Sequence record: PQ349265.1
DNA length: 64,000 bases
From: Escherichia phage CJY920
Reading direction: 5' to 3' (one strand)
Shown piece by piece: positions 31,899-40,857 of the stretch; position 1 is the stretch's first letter, and each line of letters opens with the position of its first letter. A program made the translations under genes and the position numbers. Under the pieces are notes generated by a model that worked only from the letters and a program-made list of their open reading frames with translations, did not search any database and was not told the origin of the DNA.

Positions 31899-32234
31899 AT
31901 GTCTGAAGTACAACAGCTACCAATTCGTGCTGTCGGTGAATATGTTATTTTAGTTTCTGAACCTGCACAAGCCGGTGATGAAGAAGTTACAGAATCAGGA
32001 CTTATTATCGGTAAACGTGTCCAAGGTGAAGTTCCTGAACTGTGTGTAATTCACTCTGTTGGTCCTGATGTTCCTGAAGGTTTCTGCGAAGTTGGTGATT
32101 TGACTTCTCTTCCAGTTGGTCAAATTCGAAACGTTCCGCATCCTTTTGTAGCTCTGGGTCTTAAGCAGCCAAAAGAAATTAAACAAAAATTCGTTACTTG
32201 TCACTATAAAGCTATTCCGTGTCTTTATAAGTGA
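31899..32234 (+). CDS. 31: gp31 co-chaperonin (GroES-like), 111 aa
   Basis: [61 protein letters not shown]...; 111 aa as T4 gp31. Confidence 0.85.
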   Translation: MSEVQQLPIRAVGEYVILVSEPAQAGDEEVTESGLIIGKRVQGEVPELCVIHSVGPDVPEGFCEVGDLTSLPVGQIRNVPHPFVALGLKQPKEIKQKFVTCHYKAIPCLYK

Positions 32235-32381
32235 TATAAATAATAATATGAATTGGGTGTCGGAATAATAAGTTAACCGAACAATTCTACGTGGTAGTCT
32301 ACAACTGAGAGATCTGTCGAAAGAAGATGAAATTCAGAAGAACGTGACTACCGAGTTTTAATCTCTAACGAGAATTTTTAA

Positions 32382-32630
32382 ATGATTAAACAATTACAAC
32401 ACGCTCTTGAACTGCAACGAAACGCATGGAATAATGGTCACGAAAACTATGGTGCATCTATTGATGTTGAAGCCGAAGCTCTTGAAATCCTGCGTTATTT
32501 CAAACATCTGAATCCTGCTCAAACTGCACTAGCTGCCGAGCTTCAGGAAAAAGATGAACTTAAGTATGCTAAGCCTCTGGCTTCTGCTGCACGAAAAGCA
32601 GTTCGTCACTTTGTGGTAACACTGAAATAA
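32382..32630 (+). CDS. rIII: RIII lysis-inhibition accessory protein (82 aa)
   Basis: 82 aa; MIKQLQHALELQRNAWNNGHENYG...; position after gene 31. Confidence 0.8.
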   Translation: MIKQLQHALELQRNAWNNGHENYGASIDVEAEALEILRYFKHLNPAQTALAAELQEKDELKYAKPLASAARKAVRHFVVTLK

Positions 32631-33028
32631 TTTATTGGAGAGTCACTGCCTTAGTGTGAAGTTAAAACGAGGAGCCGTCGAACTGTCTGATTAATGATTT
32701 GCGAATCATTATAGTTTTAAGACCCCGGCAGTTTTACGGTGTACCTCTTGAATGTTATTCTTATAGCGGCAAGTGCATGCTACCCCGAGGTGATGGCCAA
32801 TCGGGAGTACGCCTCAAGGCCTATATATCCATCAGTATATATCTTATCCTCGAGAAATCGAACCCGGAACCTTTAAGCTAACGGTGTGCAACAGATAAGA
32901 GCTATAAGGTATGATGACGGGTTTATGGTTATCCTGGTCGTTAAATATCCAAAAACCTATGTTCCCCTTGAGGGCTTGCGCAGGCAATGCCAATAAGTCC
33001 TGCATTTTCATTTAAAAGAGAATTTATA

Positions 33029-33205
33029 ATGGCAAAACAAGCTAAAGCAAAGAAAGCAGTTGAAAAGAAAGTTGGTGATTCTAAACGCGCTGGTTACAAG
33101 CGTGGGTCGAACTCTCGTATCAATCAAACTGTTGAGAAGATCATGCGCCGAGCACGTGCGGTTCTTCGAGATGATGCTTCTCGTTTTGGTAAGCAGAAAG
33201 CATAA
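33029..33205 (+). CDS. small highly basic protein (58 aa), function unknown
   Basis: MAKQAKAKKAVEKKVGDSKRAGYKRGSNSRINQTVEKIMRRARAVLRDDASRFGKQKA; SD-like AAAAGAG; followed by a terminator. Confidence 0.4.
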   Translation: MAKQAKAKKAVEKKVGDSKRAGYKRGSNSRINQTVEKIMRRARAVLRDDASRFGKQKA

Positions 33206-33210
33206 GTTGA

Positions 33211-33236
33211 GGACTCCTTCGGGAGTCCTTTTTTAT
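33211..33236 (+). terminator. intrinsic terminator
   Basis: GGACTCC-TTCG-GGAGTCC hairpin followed by TTTTTTATTTT. Confidence 0.75.
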
Positions 33237-33258
33237 TTTCCAAAGATTGCACAAAGTT

Positions 33259-33291
33259 GTTTACAGTATGGTTCCTTTGTGATAGTATTAT
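33259..33291 (+). promoter_or_regulatory. early promoter
   Basis: GTTTAC 33259-64 and TGATAGTATTAT -10 region. Confidence 0.5.
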
Positions 33292-33315
33292 CTTACACAA
33301 ACAAAGGAGAATAAA

Positions 33316-33366
33316 ATGAAAACGATTAATCGGGTTACGGTCATTGGGCTGATGTTGAAATTATAA
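33316..33366 (+). CDS. 16-codon upstream ORF (MKTINRVTVIGLMLKL) with strong SD, candidate leader peptide
   Basis: AAGGAGA SD 5 nt upstream of the ATG; stop lies 9 nt before the SD-less ATG of the NADAR-like ORF. Confidence 0.35.
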   Translation: MKTINRVTVIGLMLKL

Positions 33367-33375
33367 GTATTGAAA

Positions 33376-33834
33376 ATGTCTGAGCTAGAAATAAGAAGCA
33401 ATTTTAGATGGCCATCATGTGCATTAAGCAATTTCGCCCAATGGCCTTTCGTTATGGATGGTATCCAATTTGGAGGTCTCGAAGGATTCCTCCAAGGATG
33501 TAAGGTGAAAAATGTTGAACAGCAAAGACGTATATTTGGGTTATCCGGGCTTGCCGCCCAACAAGCTGGAAGGTCTTATGCTAGAGCTCAGGACCGTGGC
33601 ACGTTGTTCTGGCTTGGAACTCCGTTTTCAAGATATTCCGAAGCATGGAAAGAATTATACACAAATGCATATTTTGAAGCAGCGATCCAAAACAGGGGTT
33701 TTCGTGATGCATTACAAGCCTCGAAAGGAAAAGTTTTGAAGCACAGCATGGCTAGTGGTCTAACAAAAGATGATACAATACTAACCGAAGCTGAATTTAT
33801 TGATGTGTTAAACCTATTAAGAGACTCTCTATGA
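33376..33834 (+). CDS. NADAR (YbiA/DUF1768-like) domain protein, 152 aa
   Basis: Motif LSNFAQWPFVMDGIQF...EGFLQGCK parallels E. coli YbiA FSNFAAWPIKVDGKTW...EHYFQAQK as recalled; ORF-track start is TTG 33370; ATG at 33376. Confidence 0.55.
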   Translation: MSELEIRSNFRWPSCALSNFAQWPFVMDGIQFGGLEGFLQGCKVKNVEQQRRIFGLSGLAAQQAGRSYARAQDRGTLFWLGTPFSRYSEAWKELYTNAYFEAAIQNRGFRDALQASKGKVLKHSMASGLTKDDTILTEAEFIDVLNLLRDSL

Positions 33835-34679
33835 AGCCAACTATTTTGACTGATATTGATGGAGTATGTTTAAGCTGGCAATCAGGCCTTCCTTATTTTG
33901 CTCAGAAATATAATCTTCCGTTAGAACATATTTTAAAAATGATCCAAGATGAGAAATTTATTTCTCCAGGTAAACTCTTTAATTGTGATGAAGAACTTGG
34001 TGTCAAGTTAATTGAAAAATACAATCGTTCAGATTTTATTCGTTACTTGTCTCCGTATAAAGATGCCCTGTGTGTAATTAACAAATTAAAAGAAGATTAT
34101 AATTTTGTAGCTGTTACAGCATTGGGTGATTCTATTGATGCTCTATTAAATCGTCAATTTAATTTGAATGCTCTTTTTCCTGGTGCCTTCTCAGAAGTAA
34201 TGATGTGTGGTCATGATTCTTCAAAAGAAGAGTTGTTTAAAAAGGCAAAAGAGAAATATAACGTAATTTGTTATATTGACGATCTCGCTCACCACTGCGA
34301 CCACGCGAGTGAAATATTAAATGTTCCGGTTTATTGGATGGCTCGAGGAGAACGTGACAATATTCCAAAAACTGCTCAGCGAGTTTATACATGGAATGAT
34401 GTAGAAAATAAGCTTTTTTCGCCGAAGGAAAATAAAGAAAGTTTTGATAGTGAAAAAGCTATAAAAGATTTAATTGAGAAGATGGTTAAAAACGATTCTT
34501 TTCCTTGGAACACTACCTGGAGAACGCCTGGATTAAATCCTTATAATCATCTATATCATCTATATCATCCATATCAGACACATCCGTTTCAGACATGGAA
34601 CTATATTAAACCTGGTGGCATAGAGTATTTGTATAATAGACCTACTAGTGGTGATAATATTTTTCAAGGAGCATTCTAA
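33831..34679 (+). CDS. HAD-superfamily hydrolase, 5'(3')-deoxyribonucleotidase-like (282 aa)
   Basis: N-terminal motif I ILTDIDGV (DxDGV); start overlaps upstream stop (ATGA); aromatic/His-rich C-terminal tail. Confidence 0.5.
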   Translation: MKPTILTDIDGVCLSWQSGLPYFAQKYNLPLEHILKMIQDEKFISPGKLFNCDEELGVKLIEKYNRSDFIRYLSPYKDALCVINKLKEDYNFVAVTALGDSIDALLNRQFNLNALFPGAFSEVMMCGHDSSKEELFKKAKEKYNVICYIDDLAHHCDHASEILNVPVYWMARGERDNIPKTAQRVYTWNDVENKLFSPKENKESFDSEKAIKDLIEKMVKNDSFPWNTTWRTPGLNPYNHLYHLYHPYQTHPFQTWNYIKPGGIEYLYNRPTSGDNIFQGAF

Positions 34680-34948
34680 TGTTTGTTGTTCATACTATTT
34701 ATGAAAATGAAGATAATACTACACGTGATTACGGTCACGTAAATCAATTTTTTAGATGCAATCCAGAATTCCGTGCTCAAAAAGACGAACGAATTTTTAA
34801 AAAATGTGTAGAACAAGGTTTCATTTACGTCAAGCACTGGATGCAAGGAAATAAAGTTAGAACTACATATCATAAGTCTTTGCCTGAGCTTAATGATGAA
34901 TTGATTTATAATAGAAATGTAAATCAAACTCTGAAGGATGAACAATGA
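34679..34948 (+). CDS. hypothetical protein (89 aa)
   Basis: ATG overlapping previous stop; precedes ligase. Confidence 0.5.
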   Translation: MFVVHTIYENEDNTTRDYGHVNQFFRCNPEFRAQKDERIFKKCVEQGFIYVKHWMQGNKVRTTYHKSLPELNDELIYNRNVNQTLKDEQ

Positions 34949-36405
34949 TTCTTAAAATTCTGAATGAAATAGCATCTATTGGATCAACTAAGCAGAAGCA
35001 AGCAATTCTTGAAAAGAATAAAGATAATGAATTGCTTAAACGAGTATATCGTCTGACTTATTCTCGTGGGTTACAGTATTATATCAAGAAATGGCCTAAG
35101 CCTGGTATTGCTACCCAGAGTTTTGGAATGCTGACCATTACCGATATGCTTGACTTTATTGAATTTACGTTAGCTACTCGGAAATTGACTGGAAATGCAG
35201 CAATTGAGGAATTAACTGGATATATCACTGATGGTAAAAAGGATGATGTTGAAGTTTTGCGTCGAGTTATGATGCGAGACCTTGAATGCGGTGCTTCAGT
35301 ATCTATTGCAAATAAAGTTTGGCCAGGTTTAATTCCTGAACAACCTCAAATGCTGGCAAGTTCTTATGATGAAAAAGGCATTAGTAAGAATATCAAGTTT
35401 CCAGCTTTTGCCCAGTTAAAAGCTGATGGGGCTCGGTGTTTTGCTGAAGTCAGAGGAGATGAATTAGATGATGTTCGTCTTTTATCACGAGCTGGTAATG
35501 AATATCTAGGATTAGATCTTCTTAAGGAAGAGTTAATCAAAATGACCGCTGAAGCCCGCCAGATTCATCCAGAAGGTGTGTTAATTGATGGCGAATTGGT
35601 ATACCATGAGCAAGTTAAAAAGGAACCAGAAGGCCTAGATTTTCTTTTTGACACTCCTGAAATTAGCAAAGCTAAAGACTTCGCAGAAGTAGCTGAATCT
35701 CGTACTGCTTCTAATGGAATCGCTAATAAATCTTTAAAGGGAACTATTTCTGAAAAAGAAGCTCAATGCATGAAGTTTCAGGTCTGGGATTATGTCCCGT
35801 TGGTAGAAATATACGGTCTTCCGGCGTTTCGTTTAAAATATGATGTACGTTTTTCTAAACTAGAACAAATGACATCAGGATATGATAAAGTAATTTTAAT
35901 TGAAAACCAGGTAGTAAATAACCTAGATGAAGCTAAGGTAATTTATAAAAAGTATATTGACCAAGGTCTTGAAGGTATTATTCTCAAAAATACCGATGGA
36001 TTGTGGGAAAATGCTCGTTCAAAAAATCTCTATAAATTTAAAGAAGTAATTGATGTTGATTTAAAAATTGTAGGAATTTATCCTCACCGTAAAGACCCTA
36101 CTAAAGCCGGTGGATTTATTCTTGAATCAGAATGTGGAAAAATTAAAGTAAATGCTGGTTCAGGCTTAAAAGATAAAGCCGGTGTAAAATCACATGAACT
36201 TGACCGTACTCGCATTATGGAAAACCAAAATTATTATATTGGAAAAATTCTAGAATGTGAATGCAACGGTTGGTTAAAATCTGACGGCCGCACTGATTAC
36301 GTTAAATTATTTCTTCCGATTGCGATTCGTTTACGTGAAGATAAAACTAAAGCTAATACATTCGAGGATGTATTTGGTGATTTTCATGAGGTAACTGGTC
36401 TATGA
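34945..36405 (+). CDS. 30: ATP-dependent DNA ligase (486 aa)
   Basis: MILKILNEIASIGSTKQKQAILEKNKDNELLKRVYRL...; adenylation motif KADGAR; size as T4 ligase. Confidence 0.9.
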   Translation: MILKILNEIASIGSTKQKQAILEKNKDNELLKRVYRLTYSRGLQYYIKKWPKPGIATQSFGMLTITDMLDFIEFTLATRKLTGNAAIEELTGYITDGKKDDVEVLRRVMMRDLECGASVSIANKVWPGLIPEQPQMLASSYDEKGISKNIKFPAFAQLKADGARCFAEVRGDELDDVRLLSRAGNEYLGLDLLKEELIKMTAEARQIHPEGVLIDGELVYHEQVKKEPEGLDFLFDTPEISKAKDFAEVAESRTASNGIANKSLKGTISEKEAQCMKFQVWDYVPLVEIYGLPAFRLKYDVRFSKLEQMTSGYDKVILIENQVVNNLDEAKVIYKKYIDQGLEGIILKNTDGLWENARSKNLYKFKEVIDVDLKIVGIYPHRKDPTKAGGFILESECGKIKVNAGSGLKDKAGVKSHELDRTRIMENQNYYIGKILECECNGWLKSDGRTDYVKLFLPIAIRLREDKTKANTFEDVFGDFHEVTGL

Positions 36406-36590
36406 AAGCTTACTTAGAAACAATTGTCATTGCTCAAAAAGAAGGTGGAGATGTTTCTACTTCTGTATCACAAGTCATTCTCGAATTTGTAGATGCATAT
36501 GCTTATAATAAATTTACAGAAACATTTGATGCCTATGAAAAAGGACCAAAGTTTGAAATATATCGTACTCTCTTACCACTAGATTACTAA
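36402..36590 (+). CDS. hypothetical small protein (62 aa)
   Basis: ATG overlapping ligase stop (ATGA). Confidence 0.45.
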   Translation: MKAYLETIVIAQKEGGDVSTSVSQVILEFVDAYAYNKFTETFDAYEKGPKFEIYRTLLPLDY

Positions 36591-36619
36591 AGGCCTTCGG
36601 GCCTTTAATTTTATAAATA
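36591..36619 (+). promoter_or_regulatory. terminator hairpin followed by late promoter TATAAATA for alt
   Basis: AGGCC-TTCG-GGCCT hairpin 36591-36604, then TATAAATA at 36612-19, 24 nt upstream of the alt ATG. Confidence 0.65.
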
Positions 36620-36642
36620 GAATAAACACTAGAGAGGATATG

Positions 36643-38736
36643 ATGGAACTCATTACAGAATTATTTGACGAAGATACTACTCTTCCGATTACAAACTTAA
36701 ATCCAAAGAAGAAAATACCACAAATTTTTTCAGTTCATGTTGATGACGCAATTGAACAACCAGGCTTTCGTTTATGTACCTATACATCTGGAGGTGATAC
36801 TAACCGTGATTTAAAGATGGGCGATAAAATGATGCATATTGTTCCTTTTACATTAACTGCTAAAGGTTCAATTGCTAAATTAAAAGGTCTCGGTCCAAGC
36901 CCAATTAATTATATCAATTCAGTTTTTACTGTTGCAATGCAGACGATGCGTCAGTATAAAATTGATGCCTGTATGCTCCGTATTCTTAAGTCTAAAACTG
37001 CCGGTCAAGCTCGACAAATTCAAGTTATTGCTGATAGACTTATCCGTAGTCGTTCAGGTGGCAGATACGTCCTTCTTAAGGAACTCTGGGATTATGATAA
37101 AAAGTATGCATATATTCTTATACATCGCAAAAATGTATCACTAGAAGACATTCCAGGAGTTCCGGAAATTAGTACCGAGCTCTTTACTAAAGTTGAATCG
37201 AAAGTCGGCGATGTTTATATCAATAAAGATACTGGAGCTCAAGTAACTAAAAATGAGGCAATTGCAGCATCTATTGCACAAGAAAACGATAAACGTTCTG
37301 ACCAAGCTGTAATCGTTAAAGTTAAAATTTCCCGTAGAGCAATTGCACAAAGTCAGTCATTGGAATCTTCTAGATTTGAAAGTGAATTATTCCAGAAGTA
37401 TGAATCTACTGCAGCTAATTTCAATAAACCTGCTACAGCTCCTTTAATTCCCGAAGCAGAAGAAATGAAACTTGGAATTAATTCAATAGCTTCTAAAACT
37501 AAGGCAGCAAAAATTATTGCCGAAGGAACCGCAAATGAACTTCATTATGATTATAAATTCTTTTCAAAAAGTGAGGTTAATGAAGTTTCTGAAAAAATTA
37601 AAGATGTAATTCTTAATGCGATTAAAAATGAACCGACTACTTCAATAAAATGTTTAGAGAAGTATGCAGCAGCTATTAATAAATTCTTTGAAGAATATAA
37701 AGATACTTGGCTTGATAAACATAATAAAACCCGTAAAGGACAGCCAGATGAAGTCTGGGAAGAAATGACTAAAAATTCCTGGAACGCAGCAAAAACTAAA
37801 TTCCTCAAAAGAATGATTTACAGCTTTTCTGGAATTGGTGCAGGTCCAATGATTGATATTACTATTGCCCGTGATGGTTCTAAATATACTCCATCACAAA
37901 AGCGCGGCATTAGAGAGTATTGTGGTTCAGGATATACTGACATCAATAATCTTCTTTTAGGACGCTACAATCCAGAACGATATGATGTAATGAGTGAAAA
38001 AGAAATTGAATCTGCTATAAATAACTTAGATTCAGCTTTTGAAAATGGTGACCGTATACCGGAAGGAATTACAGTTTATCGTGCACAAAGTATGACTGCT
38101 CCTATATACGAAGCACTAGTTAAAAATAAAGTGTTCTATTTCAGAAATTTTGTATCTACTTCTTTAACTCCTATCATTTTTGGACGTTTTGGAATTACAC
38201 ATGCTGGTATTGGTCTTTTAGAACCAGAAGCTCGTAATGAATTGACAGTTGATAAAAATGAAGAAGGAATAACTATTAATCCAAACGAAATAAGAGCGTA
38301 TAAAGAAAATCCTGAATACGTTAAAGTTCAAATAGGATGGGCAATTGATGGAGCTCATAAAGTTAATGTTGTATATCCAGGAAGTCTCGGAATAGCAACA
38401 GAAGCTGAAGTTATTCTACCACGCGGATTGATGGTCAAAGTTAATAAAATAACTGATGCTTCTAATAATGACGGAACAACATCTAATAACACAAAACTCA
38501 TTCAAGCTGAAGTTATGACTACAGAAGAACTCACCGAATCGGTAATTTATGACGGTGACAGTCTAATGGAAACTGGTGAAGTAGTTGCAATGACAGGTGA
38601 TATTGAAATAGAAGACAGAGTTGACTTTGCATCATTTGTTTCATCAAATGTTAAACAAAAAGTAGAATCATCTCTTGGAATTATTGCGTCTTGCATAGAT
38701 ATTACAAACATGCCTTACAAGTTCGTTCAAGGATAA
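36643..38736 (+). CDS. alt: Alt ADP-ribosyltransferase (capsid-packaged), 697 aa
   Basis: N-terminus MELITELFD...; ART R-S-ExE signature (VYRAQS, FVSTSL, EAEVILPRG); downstream of ligase as in T4. Confidence 0.85.
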   Translation: MELITELFDEDTTLPITNLNPKKKIPQIFSVHVDDAIEQPGFRLCTYTSGGDTNRDLKMGDKMMHIVPFTLTAKGSIAKLKGLGPSPINYINSVFTVAMQTMRQYKIDACMLRILKSKTAGQARQIQVIADRLIRSRSGGRYVLLKELWDYDKKYAYILIHRKNVSLEDIPGVPEISTELFTKVESKVGDVYINKDTGAQVTKNEAIAASIAQENDKRSDQAVIVKVKISRRAIAQSQSLESSRFESELFQKYESTAANFNKPATAPLIPEAEEMKLGINSIASKTKAAKIIAEGTANELHYDYKFFSKSEVNEVSEKIKDVILNAIKNEPTTSIKCLEKYAAAINKFFEEYKDTWLDKHNKTRKGQPDEVWEEMTKNSWNAAKTKFLKRMIYSFSGIGAGPMIDITIARDGSKYTPSQKRGIREYCGSGYTDINNLLLGRYNPERYDVMSEKEIESAINNLDSAFENGDRIPEGITVYRAQSMTAPIYEALVKNKVFYFRNFVSTSLTPIIFGRFGITHAGIGLLEPEARNELTVDKNEEGITINPNEIRAYKENPEYVKVQIGWAIDGAHKVNVVYPGSLGIATEAEVILPRGLMVKVNKITDASNNDGTTSNNTKLIQAEVMTTEELTESVIYDGDSLMETGEVVAMTGDIEIEDRVDFASFVSSNVKQKVESSLGIIASCIDITNMPYKFVQG

Positions 38737-38739
38737 ATC

Positions 38740-40797
38740 ATGGAACTTATTACAGAATTATTTGACGGCGCTTCGGCGCCGGTTGTTAACTTAAATCCTA
38801 AGCATAAAATACCTCAAATTTTTGCTATTCAAGCCGGTGAAGAAAGCGTGCTTCCTGGATTTAGATTTTGTACATACACCTCTGGCGGTGATACAAATAA
38901 AAATGTTAAGCCAGGCGATAAAATGATGCATATCGTAATGATAGGTGTTAATGAGAAACTATCATTAGTTAAACTTAAAAACTTGGGTGGAAATCCAATT
39001 GGTGTCATTAATGCGGTTTTTGATACTGCTCTTCAAACAATGAAACAGTATAAAATTGACGCATGCCTATTCCGCGTGCTAAAGAGTAAAACAAACGGTG
39101 CAGCTCGTCAAATGCAAGTTATTGCCGACCGTTTAGTACGTACTAAAGGAGCAGGTCGATATGTTCTTTTAAAGGAAATCTGGGACTATGATAAAAAGTA
39201 TGCATATATTATGGTTTACCGTAAAAATGCCAATTTAGAAGACATTCCAGGTGTACCTCCTATTTCAACTGAGTTATTCACAAAAGTTGAATCAAAGGTT
39301 GGTGATGTTTATGTAGACGTTAAAACAGGTAATGCTGTTCCTAAAGCTGTTGCTGTTGCTGCTTCTATTGCTTTAGAAAATGATAAGCGTACGGATCAAG
39401 CTGTTATTCAGAAAACTAAAATTAGTCGTCGATTAGCAGCACAAGCTCAATATTCTACTGTCGATGCTTCACTTCAGGGTGATAGCTTCGCTGCTAAGAA
39501 ATATCAAGAGTTTGAATCTAAAGTTCCGGTATATAAAGCAGAAGGACCAATGAACTCCGGTGTTATTCAAGTTGGTTCAAACTTCAGCAAAGGAGCTATC
39601 GGTGGTATGAGGAGTGCTTCTCGTTTTAAATCTAATGATTATGAATTAGAAAGCTTCCGAAATCATATTGCATTGGCTCATGCACGTTTACGTGATCCAT
39701 CTATCAAGTTACAGAGCGATATAACATATCAAGGTTCTCAGGAATATTTAAAGAATAAAGAATTTTTTGATTATAAAACTGATAAAATTTTAAGCGATCT
39801 TGCTGACATTAATATTTCTAATAGCTTTGATGTTATTAAGAAAATTGTCAATGATTTAGTTAAAGGTTCTAAAGCCACACCAGATGAAAAGGTAGCTATT
39901 GTTCAATTTGTCATGAATGGCGTTTATAAATTGATTAATGAATCTGCTTCTCAAGCGTATGAATACGCAAGCACCGAAGTAACTCCAAAAGGATTAACTC
40001 AGGCTGAGTCTGATGTAATTGAAGATTATTGTGCAGATTCATATGTTGAAATGAACTCGTTCCTTTTAGGTAAACCAGATTCTACTCGTGAAGAATATAT
40101 GGAACGAGCTATTAAACACATCGAGACAATGGATTCTGCCTTTGCCAAAGGATCAGTTCTTCCTCCAGGAACTACACTTTATCGTGGACAAGAAGTTACC
40201 TTTAAAACTTTACGTCATAATATTGAAAATAAAATGTTCTATTTCAAGAACTTCGTATCCACATCGCTTAAACCAAATATCTTCGGTGAGTATGGTAAAA
40301 ACTATATGGCTCTAGATGATTTCAGTGCAGTATTTTCTGGTGAAGGAGAAGGTTCAGTTGATGCTGAAGATTTAATGCATATGGGTAGTCATTCTGCTTA
40401 TGCGAATGAAGATGCTGAAACTAGCGTAGGTATGGTAATTAAAGGAGCTGAGCGAATCAAAGTTATCGTTCCAGGACATTTATCAGGATTTCCATCAGAA
40501 GCTGAAGTTATTCTACCGCGTGGAATTTTGCTGAAGATTAATAAAGTGAGTACGTACATGATGAAAGAAACTGCTTATAATAAGTATCTAATCGAAGGCA
40601 CAATCGTTCCTCCTTCTGAACAATTAGAAGAATCGGTATATGATGGCGACCATCTAATGGAAACTGGTGAAGTTCGTCCAATGGCTGGATTTAATCAATT
40701 CCTTGTAGAAGAATCAAAAGAAGAGGAAAACGAAGTTTCTCAAATCTTGGCTTCTTTGGTTAACATCAACGGAATGTCTAAAAAGTTCAAGATGTAG
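38740..40797 (+). CDS. Alt-like ADP-ribosyltransferase paralog (685 aa)
   Basis: Collinear with upstream alt at roughly half identity by eye; conserved MELITELFD N-terminus, LYRGQE / FVSTSL / EAEVILPRG motifs; SD AAGGA inside the end of the upstream gene. Confidence 0.8.
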   Translation: MELITELFDGASAPVVNLNPKHKIPQIFAIQAGEESVLPGFRFCTYTSGGDTNKNVKPGDKMMHIVMIGVNEKLSLVKLKNLGGNPIGVINAVFDTALQTMKQYKIDACLFRVLKSKTNGAARQMQVIADRLVRTKGAGRYVLLKEIWDYDKKYAYIMVYRKNANLEDIPGVPPISTELFTKVESKVGDVYVDVKTGNAVPKAVAVAASIALENDKRTDQAVIQKTKISRRLAAQAQYSTVDASLQGDSFAAKKYQEFESKVPVYKAEGPMNSGVIQVGSNFSKGAIGGMRSASRFKSNDYELESFRNHIALAHARLRDPSIKLQSDITYQGSQEYLKNKEFFDYKTDKILSDLADINISNSFDVIKKIVNDLVKGSKATPDEKVAIVQFVMNGVYKLINESASQAYEYASTEVTPKGLTQAESDVIEDYCADSYVEMNSFLLGKPDSTREEYMERAIKHIETMDSAFAKGSVLPPGTTLYRGQEVTFKTLRHNIENKMFYFKNFVSTSLKPNIFGEYGKNYMALDDFSAVFSGEGEGSVDAEDLMHMGSHSAYANEDAETSVGMVIKGAERIKVIVPGHLSGFPSEAEVILPRGILLKINKVSTYMMKETAYNKYLIEGTIVPPSEQLEESVYDGDHLMETGEVRPMAGFNQFLVEESKEEENEVSQILASLVNINGMSKKFKM

Positions 40798-40849
40798 TTT
40801 ACAAGTCCCTCGTGTTGTGTTATAATAATCTTACTGACATAACATGAGG
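40797..40849 (+). promoter_or_regulatory. early promoter with embedded inverted repeat (copy B)
   Basis: GTTTAC 40797-802, TGTTATAAT; arms CCTCGTGTT (40808-16) and AACATGAGG (40841-49); about 50 bp near-identical to 26762-26814. Confidence 0.6.
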
Positions 40850-40857
40850 AACACAAA

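Noticed and set aside
32840-32935. tRNA-like T-loop sequence (GGGTTCGATT on the minus strand) and a 7-bp acceptor-like stem
   Set aside because: The enclosed segment is about 45 nt, too short for a cloverleaf, and no D or anticodon arm could be drawn; kept only as part of the unexplained non-coding region.
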